A DNA stretch of 64,000 nucleotides from an uncultured Nocardioidaceae bacterium (GCA_964237315.1 CAXSHL010000010.1:10556-74555); one strand, 5' to 3'. Positions 20,344-30,185 are shown, counted from the first letter of the stretch. Notes: generated by a model not told the origin, from the sequence alone. Numbers and translations are program-made.

Positions 20344-21234
20344 ATGACCTACAGCTGCTCCGCCGCCAGCCTCGAGCGCGACGAGCCCGTGGCCGGCTCC
20401 GCGTCGACGGTCCGCGCCTTCCTGCTGGTCGAGAACGCCGGGCCCTGGGGCGTCGCGGCGCTCCGGGACGCCCGGCTGCCCGAGCAGGTCAAGACGGGGC
20501 TGCGGGCGCGCGCAGCGGCCGACGGGGTCCGCGTGCTGCTGGTCCGCCGGCACCGAGGTGCGGAGTCCGGCCCCGGCCTGCGGGTGTTCGCCGCCTGGGC
20601 AGACGCCGCCTCGCCATGGCTGGAGACCGCGTCGCTGGACTCGCCCGAGGCACTGCTCGACATGGACCTCGACTCCCTGGGCCGGGGCAGGTCGCCCGGC
20701 CTGACCCGCTCCGAGCGGCCGGTGTTCTGCGTGTGCACCCACGGCCGGCACGACAGCTGCTGCGCGACGCTGGGCCGCCCCACCGCCACGGCACTCACCC
20801 GCTCGCACCCGGAGGAGACCTGGGACGTCTCCCACATCGGCGGGGACCGGTTCGCCGCCAACGTGCTTGTGCTCCCGGAGGGCCTGTACTACGGCCGGGT
20901 CTCCGCCGCCGCTGCGCCGGCTCTGGCCGATCGGCACCTGGCCGGGCACCTCGACCTCGACCTGCTGCGTGGGAGGTCCGGCTTCGCGTTCCCCGTGCAG
21001 GTCGCCGAGGTCGCAGCGCGCCGGGAGGCGGGGGAGACCCGCACGGGCGCCGTACGACTGGTCTCGACGGCTCGTGCCGACGACGACCTCACCGTCCGGC
21101 TCGACGTCGCCGGGACGCCGTACGACGTGGTGGTGCGCCGCTCCCACACCGACCAGCAGCACCGGCTCACCTGCCGCGCGCACCGGGCGGAGGCGGCGCC
21201 GACGTACGACGTCCTGTCGGTGACCCAGGTGTGA
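20344..21234 (+). CDS. Sucrase/ferredoxin-like (thioredoxin-like [2Fe-2S]) protein
   Basis: N-terminal CS...GSA...LLVENAGPWG; VCTHGRHDSCCA; SHIGGDRFAANV..LPEGLYYGRV; starts immediately after the JmjC stop. Confidence 0.88.
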   Translation: MTYSCSAASLERDEPVAGSASTVRAFLLVENAGPWGVAALRDARLPEQVKTGLRARAAADGVRVLLVRRHRGAESGPGLRVFAAWADAASPWLETASLDSPEALLDMDLDSLGRGRSPGLTRSERPVFCVCTHGRHDSCCATLGRPTATALTRSHPEETWDVSHIGGDRFAANVLVLPEGLYYGRVSAAAAPALADRHLAGHLDLDLLRGRSGFAFPVQVAEVAARREAGETRTGAVRLVSTARADDDLTVRLDVAGTPYDVVVRRSHTDQQHRLTCRAHRAEAAPTYDVLSVTQV

Positions 21235-21279
21235 CGAATCCCCCGTGACGGCGGGTCGCAGCGGGTGCACGATGGGAGC

Positions 21280-22185
21280 ATGACCTCAGCGATCAGCGCA
21301 CGAGGACTGCGCAAGACGTTCGGCAGGACGGTGGCCCTGGACGGGCTCGACCTCGAGGTGGCCACCGGCGAGGTGCACGGCTTCCTCGGCCCCAATGGTG
21401 CCGGCAAGTCCACCACGATCCGCGTGCTGCTGGGTCTGCTGCGGCTGGACGGGGGAGAGGCGCGGCTGCTCGGTGGCGACCCGTGGCACGACGCGGCGAC
21501 CCTGCACCGCAGGCTCGCCTACGTGCCCGGTGACGTGAGCCTGTGGCCGAACCTGACCGGAGGCGAGGTCATCGACCTGCTCGGGCGCCTGCGCGGCAGC
21601 CACGACCCCCGCCGGCGCGCGGAGCTGCTCGAGCGGTTCGACCTGGACCCGACGAAGAAGGCGCGCAGCTACAGCAAGGGCAACCGGCAGAAGGTCGCGC
21701 TGGTGGCGGCGCTCGCCTCCGACGTGGAGCTGCTGCTGCTCGACGAGCCGACCTCGGGCCTCGACCCGCTGATGGAGGCGGTCTTCCAGGACTGCATCCA
21801 CGAGGAGGCGGCCCGCGGACGCACGGTGCTGCTGTCCAGCCACATCCTGGCCGAGGCCGAGGCGCTGTGCGACCGGGTGAGCATCATCCGCGCGGGACGC
21901 ACGGTGCAGAGCGGCACCCTCGACGACCTGCGCCACCTGACCCGCACCACCGTGGTCGCCGAGACCCTGCGGCACCCGGACGGGCTCACCGCGGTGCCCG
22001 GGGTGGCGCACGTCGAGCGGGTGGACGGACGCGTCAGCTTCGACGTGGACACCGACCACCTCGACGAGGCGATGAGCTATCTGGCCGCCCTGAGCATCCG
22101 GTCCCTGGTCAGCCACCCGCCGACGCTCGAGGAGCTCTTCCTCAGGCAGTACGGCGAGCAGGTGCCGGCCGAGCCGGCCCGATGA
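21280..22185 (+). CDS. ABC transporter ATP-binding protein
   Basis: [32 protein letters not shown]. Confidence 0.95.
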   Translation: MTSAISARGLRKTFGRTVALDGLDLEVATGEVHGFLGPNGAGKSTTIRVLLGLLRLDGGEARLLGGDPWHDAATLHRRLAYVPGDVSLWPNLTGGEVIDLLGRLRGSHDPRRRAELLERFDLDPTKKARSYSKGNRQKVALVAALASDVELLLLDEPTSGLDPLMEAVFQDCIHEEAARGRTVLLSSHILAEAEALCDRVSIIRAGRTVQSGTLDDLRHLTRTTVVAETLRHPDGLTAVPGVAHVERVDGRVSFDVDTDHLDEAMSYLAALSIRSLVSHPPTLEELFLRQYGEQVPAEPAR

Positions 22186-23817
22186 GCACCCTTCCGCGGC
22201 TGCACCGCACCGTCCCGCAGGACACCACGCCGGCGGGTCCCGCGTCGGGGGGCACCGGCCTCGAAGGCACCGGCGGCCTGCTGGCACTCGCCGCGCGGCG
22301 CGACCGGCTGCGGCTGACCGTGTGGGTGGTCGCCCTCACGGCGGTCACCTACCTGTCCGGGAGCGCGATGGCGACCACCTTCCCGACGCCGGCCTCCATC
22401 GCGGCCTACGCACAGTCCGCTGCCTCGCCCGCCGTCGTCGCGCTGGCCGGCCCGCCGATCGCCCTGGACACGCTGCCCGGCATCGTGATCAGCAAGGTGG
22501 CGATCACCTGCATCGTCGCCACGGCGCTGCTGGCGGTCCTCACCGTGGTCCGGCACACCCGCAGCGAGGAGGAGGAGGGTCGCAGCGAGATGCTGCGGGC
22601 CACCGTCGTCGGCCGGCACGCCGGGACCGCCGCGGCCCTGCTGCTCGCCTGGGGCGTCTCGGTGCTGCTCGGGGCAGGCTCGGCGGTCGCGCTGGCCGGG
22701 GCCTCGGTGCCCGGGTCCGCGGCGTGGCTCTTCGGCGCCGGGATCGCCGCCCTGGGGATGGTCTTCGCGGCGCTGACGGCGGTGCTGGCCCAGGTCTTCA
22801 CGCACGCCCGGACCGCGCTCGGCGCGGCACTCGCGCTGCTCGGGGTGGCCTACGTCGTGCGCGCGGCCGGTGACGTCCAGGACAGCTGGCTGGTCTGGCT
22901 CTCTCCGATCGGCTGGTCCCAGGCCACCCACCCGCTCGGCGACGAGCGATGGTGGCCGCTGCTGGTCAGCGTCGTCGTCGCGGGGCTGCTGGTCGGGGTC
23001 GCGGTGGCCTTGGCGAACCGCCGCGACGTCGGCGCAGGCCTGGTGTCCCCGCGCCCACATCGAGGACGAGCTCGGGCCGGTCGGGCTGGCGCTGCGCCTC
23101 CAGAGGGGAATGCTGGCCGGCTGGGCGGCGGGGCTCCTCGTGCTCGGGGTGGCCCTCGGGTCGCTGTCCAACGCGGTCCAGGACATGACCCGGGACAACC
23201 CGACCCTGGAGAAGTACCTCGCCGGCACCGGTCAGGGGTCGCTGACAGACACCTACCTCTCCTCGATGCTGCTCATCATGGCGCTGCTCTCCGCCGGCTT
23301 CTCGGTGTCCTCGGCGATGCGGCTGCGGCCCGACGAGACGTCCGGCCGGCTCGAGCTGCTGCTGTCCACCGGCGCGTCCCGGACCCGCTGCCTGCTCGGC
23401 AGCCTGCTGGTCACCGCCCTCGGCACGGTCGTGGTGCTGGCCGCCGGCGGCCTCGGGCTCGGCCTGTCCTACGGGCTCGTCGTCTCCGACGCCACCCAGC
23501 CGCTGAGGTTCGCGGGACTGCTTCTCCTCTACGCCCCGGCGGTGCTGGCCACGGCCGCCCTCGCGGTCCTGCTCCTGGGCTGGCGACCGGCCTGGGCGGC
23601 GGTCGCCTGGGCCGCCCTCGGCGTGTGCTTCGTGCTCGGCTGGCTCGGGGGCCTGGTGCACCCGCCACAGTGGCTGCAGGAGCTGTCCCCGTTCTGGCAC
23701 ACGCCGGCGGTGCCGGTGGACCCGGTCAGCCTCGCCGCTCCGTCGGTGATCGCCCTGGCCGTCGTGCTCCTGGTGGCGGGAGGCGTGCTGGGCCTGCGGC
23801 GCCGGGACGTCGGGTGA
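22182..23817 (+). CDS. ABC exporter permease (duplicated 6-TM type), frameshifted at about 23055
   Basis: RRDRLR...[17 protein letters not shown]...WLSPIGW...RRDVGAG; second half [14 protein letters not shown]...LSPFWH...RRRDVG in another frame. Confidence 0.8.
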
Positions 23818-23873
23818 GCAGCGCGCTCGAGCGGCGGAATACTTAGCAGAAGTAATGAGTTATGCTCAGTACC

Positions 23874-24323
23874 ATGCCTTCCGCCGAGAGAGTTGCCCGC
23901 ACCGACACCGGTCTCGCGTCCGCGCTCCGGGTCTCCGTCGCGCGGCTGTCGCGACGCCTGCGCAGCGAACGGCACCCCGAGAACGAGCTGCTCCCCGTGG
24001 GGCAGCTCTCCGTCCTCGGGTCGCTGTTCCGCCACGGGGAGTGCACGATCGGCGAGCTGGCCACCCTCGAGCGGGTGCAGCCGCCATCGATGACCCGCAC
24101 CGTGAGTGGCCTCGTCGCCGGTGGGTACGTCGTGCGACGTCGAGGTGAGAAGGACGGCCGGCAGGTCGTGGTCGCACTCGCACCCCGTGGTGTGGAGACC
24201 CTCACCGCCGACCGGCGCCGTCGTGACGCCTGGCTCGCGCAGCGGCTGCGCGAGCTCTCCGTAGAAGAACGCACCGTGCTGCGAAAAGCAGCCCCCATCC
24301 TCGAAAGACTGGCACAGATTTGA
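23874..24323 (+). CDS. MarR family regulator
   Basis: LRVSVARLSRRLR...ELATLERVQPPSMTR...DGRQVVV; -10 TATGCT 7 nt upstream. Confidence 0.9.
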   Translation: MPSAERVARTDTGLASALRVSVARLSRRLRSERHPENELLPVGQLSVLGSLFRHGECTIGELATLERVQPPSMTRTVSGLVAGGYVVRRRGEKDGRQVVVALAPRGVETLTADRRRRDAWLAQRLRELSVEERTVLRKAAPILERLAQI

Positions 24324-25612
24324 GCCCCACCTTCCGCTCGCTCTCCGTCCGCAACTACCGGCTCTACGCCTCCGGGGCCGTCGTGTCGAACGTCGGGACC
24401 TGGATGCAGCGCGTGGCGCAGGACTGGCTGGTCCTGCAGCTGACCCACAACAACGGCACCGCGCTGGGCATCACGACCGGCCTCCAGTTCCTGCCCATCC
24501 TGCTGCTCTCGCCGTACGCCGGGCTGATCGCCGACCGCTTCCCCAAGCGGCGCCTGCTCCAGGTGACGCAGCTGATGCTGGCCGTCCCCGCGCTGCTGCT
24601 CGGCCTGCTCGCGGTCACCGGCGTCGCGCAGAGCTGGCACGTCTACCTGCTGGCGTTCGTCTTCGGCATCGGGTCGGCCTTCGACGCCCCGGCGCGGCAG
24701 TCGTTCGTCAGCGAGATCGTCGGACCCGAGGACCTGACCAACGCGGTCGGCCTGAACTCGGCCTCCTTCAACCTGGCCCGGATGATCGGCCCGGCGCTGG
24801 CCGGCCTGCTGATCGCGGCGCTCGGCTCCGGCGTGCCCGCCACCGGCGCGGTGATCCTGGTCAACGCGTTCAGCTACGGCGCGGTGATCCTCTCCCTGCA
24901 GCGGATGCACGAGCGGGAGCTGCACCCCGCCAAGCCGACCGAGCGGCACAAGGGGATGATCGCCGACGGCGTCCGCTACACGCTGGCGCGGCCGGACCTG
25001 ATGCTGATCCTGACCATCGTGTTCTTCGCCGGCACCTTCGGCCTGAACTTCCAGATCACCTCCGCCCTGATGGCCACCGAGGTGTTCCACAAGGGCGCCG
25101 GTGAATACGGCCTGCTCGGCACGACGCTCGCCATCGGCTCGCTGTCCGGTGCCCTGCTCGCCGCCCGCCGCGGACGGATCCGGCACCGGCTGGTGATCAT
25201 GGCCGCGGTGACGTTCGGCCTCACCGAGATCGTCGCGGGCCTGCTGCCGTCGTACCTCCTGTTCGCGATCTGGACCCCGGTGATCGGGCTGTTCTCGCTG
25301 ACCATGATCACCTCGGCCAACGCGACCTTCCAGATGAGCGTGGCACCGCAGATGCGGGGTCGAGTGATGGCGCTGTACATGATGGTCTTCATGGGCGGCA
25401 CCCCGCTCGGCGCACCCATCGTCGGCTGGGTCGGCGAGGAGTTCGGCGCCCGGTGGACGCTGATCGGGGGCGGGGCGGTCACCATCCTCGGCACGCTGTT
25501 CGCCGTCGCGATGTTCAGCCGGGCCAAGGGCCTGATCGGGCACCTGCGCGACGACACGACCGAGCACTCCGAGGACGACTCCGCGGCGGCGGACGAGCTG
25601 GCTCGTGCGTGA
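24320..25612 (+). CDS. MFS transporter (MFS_3/DUF894-like)
   Basis: NYRLYASG..VSNVGTWMQRVAQDWLV, GLIADRFPKR, DAPARQSF. Confidence 0.9.
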   Translation: MSPTFRSLSVRNYRLYASGAVVSNVGTWMQRVAQDWLVLQLTHNNGTALGITTGLQFLPILLLSPYAGLIADRFPKRRLLQVTQLMLAVPALLLGLLAVTGVAQSWHVYLLAFVFGIGSAFDAPARQSFVSEIVGPEDLTNAVGLNSASFNLARMIGPALAGLLIAALGSGVPATGAVILVNAFSYGAVILSLQRMHERELHPAKPTERHKGMIADGVRYTLARPDLMLILTIVFFAGTFGLNFQITSALMATEVFHKGAGEYGLLGTTLAIGSLSGALLAARRGRIRHRLVIMAAVTFGLTEIVAGLLPSYLLFAIWTPVIGLFSLTMITSANATFQMSVAPQMRGRVMALYMMVFMGGTPLGAPIVGWVGEEFGARWTLIGGGAVTILGTLFAVAMFSRAKGLIGHLRDDTTEHSEDDSAAADELARA

Positions 25613-25657
25613 CCGGCGCCCCGGCACCCGGTGCCCCGGGTGCCTAGGGTGGACCGG

Positions 25658-25747
25658 GTGAACCCCCGCATCCGGCGCCTGGTGATCCCGGGCGCGCTCG
25701 TGGCGCTGATCCTGATCGTGGTCGTCTCAGCCCTGCTGAGGCGCTGA
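25658..25747 (+). CDS. 29-aa single-TM small protein (absent from the ORF track)
   Basis: GTG start 7 nt after TAGGGT; MNPRIRRLVIPGALVALILIVVVSALLRR; stop 3 nt before the next gene. Confidence 0.65.
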   Translation: MNPRIRRLVIPGALVALILIVVVSALLRR

Positions 25748-25750
25748 CGC

Positions 25751-26968
25751 GTGGCCGAGCCGCTGCTTCGCGCGCTGTCCCGGGTCCGCGGGCTGCTCCT
25801 CGACGAGGCCTCGCTGGTCCGGGCCGTCGCGTCCGGCCGCCAGAAGGGCCGCACGCCCCGCTGGCGACGGGTCGAGCTGCGCTACGTCGACCTCAAGGCG
25901 GGTCGCCGGCTGCAGGTCACGGCGTACGACGAGACGCAGGCGCACACCTCGAACCACGAGCCGGGGCCCGCGGCGGCTCAGGCCGTCGACGACCTGCTCG
26001 ACGAGCCGTTCGGCAACTGGCACGTCGAGACGACGACCGAGACCGCCCAGCTCCGGGTGACCCGCAAGCTCGAGGCGATGGTGCACACGGCCGCCCGGGA
26101 CGCGGAGTCCCCCATGGACGAGCGGGAGCACGACCGGCACAAGGCACGGCTGCTGCCCGAGGACGACCCGGTGCTCGCAGCCCTCGGGCTCGTCGATGAG
26201 CAGGGCCACATCAAGCCGAGCCGGCAGGCGAAGTACCGCCAGGTCGAGGAGTTCCTCCGCGACCTCGCTCCCGTCGTGGACGCGGCGGTCGCCTCCGGGC
26301 GGGTGCACCGCCCCACACCGGAGCAGCCGCTGCAGGTCGTGGACCTCGGCTGCGGCAACGCCTACCTGACCTTCGCGGCCCACCGGTTCCTCACCCACGT
26401 GCGCGGGCTGCCCGTGCACACCACCGGGGTCGACGTGAAGTCCCAGTCCCGCGAGCACAACGCCGCGCTGGCGTCGACCCTGGGGCTGGACGGGGAGATG
26501 ACCTTCCTCACCAGCGACATCGCCACCGCGGAGCTCGACCACGCGCCCGACGTGGTGCTCGCTCTGCACGCCTGCGACACCGCCACTGACGACGCGCTGG
26601 CCCGGGCGGTCACCTGGGACGCCCCGGTGGTGCTCGCCGCGCCCTGCTGCCACCACGACGTCGCGGCCCAGCTGCGTCGGGCGCCGACCCCGGCGCCGTA
26701 CTCCCTGCTGACCCGCAACGGCATCCTGCGCGAGCGCTTCGCGGACACCCTGACCGACGCGATGCGCGCGGCGGTGCTGCGGACGGTCGGCTACCGCGTG
26801 GACGTCATCGACTTCGTGGACAGCAAGCACACGCCGCGCAACACGCTGCTGCGCGCGGTCCGCACCGGAGCCACGGGAGGCGACACCGGTGCCGAGCTGC
26901 GGGAGCTGACCGAGACGTGGAGCGTGCACCCGAGGCTGGCGGAGCTGCTGCGTGACCGGCTGGCGTAG
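25751..26968 (+). CDS. SAM-dependent methyltransferase (Methyltransf_32-like)
   Basis: KYRQVEEF, VDLGCGNAYLTF, ALHACDTATD, APCCHH, HTPRN. Confidence 0.9.
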   Translation: MAEPLLRALSRVRGLLLDEASLVRAVASGRQKGRTPRWRRVELRYVDLKAGRRLQVTAYDETQAHTSNHEPGPAAAQAVDDLLDEPFGNWHVETTTETAQLRVTRKLEAMVHTAARDAESPMDEREHDRHKARLLPEDDPVLAALGLVDEQGHIKPSRQAKYRQVEEFLRDLAPVVDAAVASGRVHRPTPEQPLQVVDLGCGNAYLTFAAHRFLTHVRGLPVHTTGVDVKSQSREHNAALASTLGLDGEMTFLTSDIATAELDHAPDVVLALHACDTATDDALARAVTWDAPVVLAAPCCHHDVAAQLRRAPTPAPYSLLTRNGILRERFADTLTDAMRAAVLRTVGYRVDVIDFVDSKHTPRNTLLRAVRTGATGGDTGAELRELTETWSVHPRLAELLRDRLA

Positions 26969-27980
26969 CCGGACACTCGGGTGCGTCGCAAGCCTGCTGC
27001 TCCTCGGGTTCGCGACCGCACCCGACGCGGACGCCGACGAGCCGGCGCTTCCGGGTGCGACGGTGTTCTCCTTCGCCGACGACGACATCTTCGAGTCCAG
27101 CGGACTGGTGGACCGTGGTGAGGTCGTCTACACCATCAACGACTCCGGCGACGACGCGGTGGTCTACGGCGTGGACCCGTCGTCGGGGCGCACGGTGAGC
27201 CGCACCACCTACGCCGACTCCGTGGAGGACGTCGAGGCGATCGCGCCCGGCGCAGGCGGCACGCTGTGGGTCGGGGACACCGGGGACAACCGACACCGGC
27301 GCGACGACATCGCGGTCTACCGGGTCCGGCCGGCCGAGGGTGACCAGACCGGTGAGCGCTACGACCTGGCCTACCCCGACGGCCCGCACGACGCCGAGAC
27401 GCTGCTGGTCGAGCCGCGCACGCAGCGGCTCTTCGTGGTCTCCAAGTCGGTCTTCGGCGGCACGGTGTACGCCGCTCCCAGCAGCCTCACGCCCCACGAC
27501 ACTCCCGGTGGGGAGCCGAACCGGCTGCGGGCCTACGCCCGGGTCCGGGGGCTGGTCACCGACGGCGCCTTCCTCCCCGACGGTCGGCACGTCGTGCTGC
27601 GGACCTACGGCGAGGCGATGGTCTACACCTTCCCCGCCTTCGGCCTGGTCGGCACGGTGCGACTGCCGGCGCAGCCGCAGGGGGAGGGCATCTCCGTGGG
27701 CGCGGACGGGCGGGTCCTGCTGTCCACGGAAGGGGTGCACGCAGACGTGCTGCGGGTCCGGCTGCCGACCTCGCTCACCGCCCCACGGGCCCCGGCGGTC
27801 TCGCCCTCGCCGCTGCCGCTGCCCTCGGACCGGGCGGCCACGGCCGACGGACCCGCCTCCGCGGAGGCGGGTCCCTCTCGGAACGGCTGGGACTGGACCG
27901 GCATCGGCCTGGTGACCCTCGGCATCCTCGGCCTGGGCTACCTGACCGTGTCGGTCACCCGGTCGCACCGGGCTCGGTGA
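26952..27980 (+). CDS. Secreted beta-propeller-like protein with C-terminal membrane anchor
   Basis: Signal peptide; ESSGL...NDSGD...DVEAI...GDTGDN...YPDGPHDAETL...QGEGI; C-terminal TM segment. Confidence 0.75.
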   Translation: MTGWRSRTLGCVASLLLLGFATAPDADADEPALPGATVFSFADDDIFESSGLVDRGEVVYTINDSGDDAVVYGVDPSSGRTVSRTTYADSVEDVEAIAPGAGGTLWVGDTGDNRHRRDDIAVYRVRPAEGDQTGERYDLAYPDGPHDAETLLVEPRTQRLFVVSKSVFGGTVYAAPSSLTPHDTPGGEPNRLRAYARVRGLVTDGAFLPDGRHVVLRTYGEAMVYTFPAFGLVGTVRLPAQPQGEGISVGADGRVLLSTEGVHADVLRVRLPTSLTAPRAPAVSPSPLPLPSDRAATADGPASAEAGPSRNGWDWTGIGLVTLGILGLGYLTVSVTRSHRAR

Positions 27981-28093
27981 GGGTCCCACGCCTCGGCCGA
28001 GGTGTCGCCGCTTGTCCCGGGTGAACAAAGACCCTCGATCCGCTCACTCTTCACGACCATGAACTGGTCGCTGCGGCGAGACATGCTGGTTCC

Positions 28094-28768
28094 ATGACCT
28101 CCCTGGACCACCTCTCGCGCGAGATGGGACGCCTCGTCGACGAGGTCAGGCCACGGCTGCGCGGTCAGCTGCACCGGGTCAGCGCCCCGCTGGTGGCGGT
28201 CGCGGCCGCCGTACAGGTCGGGTTCGCGCCGGGCACCTCCGCCAAGCTCGCGTGTGCCGTCTTCGGCCTCGGGGCGGTGTTGCTGTTCTCCGTCAGCGCG
28301 GCGTACCACACGCGCAGCTGGCCGGAGCCGACCCGGCTGCTGCTGCGCCGGTGGGACCACGCGAACATCTTCGTGCTGATCGCCGCCTCCTACACGCCGT
28401 TCGCGGTGCTGCTGCTCAGCGGCCGCTCGGCCCGCACGCTGCTGACGCTGGTGTGGGCGGGTGCCCTGGCGGGTGCCGCCTTCCAGGTGCTGTGGGTGCA
28501 CGCACCGCGCTGGCTCTACGTGCCGGTCTACGTCGCGCTCGGCTGGGCCGCCGCCTTCTGGGCCGGTGAGTTCCTGGCCGCCGACCGGCCGGCGGTCCTG
28601 GTGCTCATCGTGCTCGGCGGGCTCCTCTACACCTGTGGCGCGGTCGTCTACGGGGTCCGGCGGCCCAACCCGGCGCCCGCGTGGTTCGGCTTCCACGAGG
28701 TCTTCCACGCCCTGACCATCGCGGCCTTCGCGGCCCACTACATCGGGGTGTGGCTGGTCCTGGCCTGA
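28094..28768 (+). CDS. Hemolysin III/PAQR family membrane protein
   Basis: RPRLRG..H, SAAYH, RRWDHANIF..IAASYTP, FGFHEVFH. Confidence 0.92.
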   Translation: MTSLDHLSREMGRLVDEVRPRLRGQLHRVSAPLVAVAAAVQVGFAPGTSAKLACAVFGLGAVLLFSVSAAYHTRSWPEPTRLLLRRWDHANIFVLIAASYTPFAVLLLSGRSARTLLTLVWAGALAGAAFQVLWVHAPRWLYVPVYVALGWAAAFWAGEFLAADRPAVLVLIVLGGLLYTCGAVVYGVRRPNPAPAWFGFHEVFHALTIAAFAAHYIGVWLVLA

Positions 28769-28792
28769 GCCGGGCCGGGGTGGCGGCCACTC

Positions 28793-28853
28793 GAACATGC
28801 AGCTCCGCGGCCGAACCCCCCGATGAGCTCCTGAGGCGTCGAGCTGCATGTTC
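28793..28853. repeat. Inverted repeat between convergent genes (REP- or terminator-like)
   Basis: GAACATGCAGCTC ... GAGCTGCATGTTC, 13-bp perfect arms. Confidence 0.6.
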
Positions 28854-28902
28854 CTGTGGCCGCTTGTTCCACCAGGCGCCTCACCGACGGTGAATCCGTG
28901 CG

Positions 28903-29736
28903 TCAGCCCTGCGCGGACAGCCACAGCGCGAGCGTCGAGGCCAGCGCCTCGGGCTGGTCGAGTTGGACCAGGTGACCTGCGTCGTCGATGATCCTGAGCC
29001 GAGCGCCGGGCAGCAGCTCGCTCAGCCGGCGGGCGCGGTCCACGGGGATCCACGTGTCCTCGCGTCCCCAGACCACCAGCACCGGCACCGCCACCTCGCC
29101 GTATCGCCCCTCGACCTCGTCGGTGTAGGCCTGGTCGGACTGGGCGATCTGGCGGTAGAAGGCGGCCTGGCCCGGACCGTCGAGCCAGGGCGCCACGAGG
29201 GCGTCCATGGCGTCCGGCGCAAGTCCGGTGTGGCTGGCGCCGGAGATGTAGCCACGTATGGCGCCCTCGTGCACCGCGGCGGGCAGGGCGCTGAACACCT
29301 CGGCGTGGTCGCGCACCAACCGGAAGAACTCCGAGCCCCACGGCGCCAGAGCGACGACGTCGACCAGGGCCATCGACGCGACCCGGGCACCGTGCAGCAG
29401 GTGTGCTCGCAAGGCGACCGCGCCGCCGTAGTCGTGTGCCACCACGTGCGGGGACGGCAGGCCCCACTCCGCCAGCAGGTCGGCGAACAGCTCACCCTGG
29501 ACGTCCAGTGACACCCGGTGCTCGGGAAGCTTCGAGGACCGGCCGTACCCGGGCATGTCCCACTGATAGACAGTGAAGTACGGCGCCAGCGCCTCGGCGC
29601 AGGGTCGCCACAGCTCGGAGGACCAGGGGGTGCCGTGGCAGAGGACGACGTCGGGACCCGACCCGATCCGGCCCCACCGGACGGTCCGGCCGCGCCACGA
29701 GAGCTGCTCGGTCAGCAGCTCCACGCTCCCGGACAC
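28903..29736 (-). CDS. Alpha/beta hydrolase (epoxide hydrolase/dehalogenase-like)
   Basis: HGTPWSS, DMPGYGRS, AHDYGG, WGREDTWIP, AGHLVQ. Confidence 0.9.
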   Translation of the reverse strand: MSGSVELLTEQLSWRGRTVRWGRIGSGPDVVLCHGTPWSSELWRPCAEALAPYFTVYQWDMPGYGRSSKLPEHRVSLDVQGELFADLLAEWGLPSPHVVAHDYGGAVALRAHLLHGARVASMALVDVVALAPWGSEFFRLVRDHAEVFSALPAAVHEGAIRGYISGASHTGLAPDAMDALVAPWLDGPGQAAFYRQIAQSDQAYTDEVEGRYGEVAVPVLVVWGREDTWIPVDRARRLSELLPGARLRIIDDAGHLVQLDQPEALASTLALWLSAQG

Positions 29737-29762
29737 CGTGTCGCGGCGGAGCCGGTCCTCGC

Positions 29763-30185
29763 TCAACCCGCGGCCCGGTCGAGGGCCAGCCGCAGCAGCT
29801 GTGGCAGGCGCGGGTCCGCCAGCTCCAGGCCGCTGAGCTCGAGGTCGGTCAGCCAGGCGAGCGCGTCGTGCTCGAGCGGGTCCTGGCTGGTCGGTTCGCC
29901 GGCCCACAGGTCGACCACCCAGATGTGCTTGCGGAAGCCACGGCCCTGGACGTGGGCGAGGGGGTCCCCGGCGACCTGGGCGACGATGCCGAGCTGATCG
30001 ACCAGCGCCCGCACCAGTGCCTGTGACGGCGACTCGCCCGCCAGGCCATCGCCTCCGGGCAGGTCCCAGGTGTCGGGGTACCACTCACGGCTCGGCGGGC
30101 GACGCACCACCAGCACGCGGCCGCGCCGGCGCAGCAGCGCTGCCACCACGACGCGATCGACGGTCGCCGTGTCCCGCGTGCTCAC
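29763..30185 (-). CDS. NUDIX-fold protein with degenerate Nudix box
   Basis: WDLPGGDGLAGESPSQALVRALVDQLG. Confidence 0.7.
   Translation of the reverse strand: MSTRDTATVDRVVVAALLRRRGRVLVVRRPPSREWYPDTWDLPGGDGLAGESPSQALVRALVDQLGIVAQVAGDPLAHVQGRGFRKHIWVVDLWAGEPTSQDPLEHDALAWLTDLELSGLELADPRLPQLLRLALDRAAG

Noticed and set aside
19035-21248. 737-aa ORF read as one JmjC fusion
   Set aside because: The N-terminus is an off-frame reading of the peptide gene, and the C-terminus is read-through after the frameshift, overlapping the ferredoxin gene.
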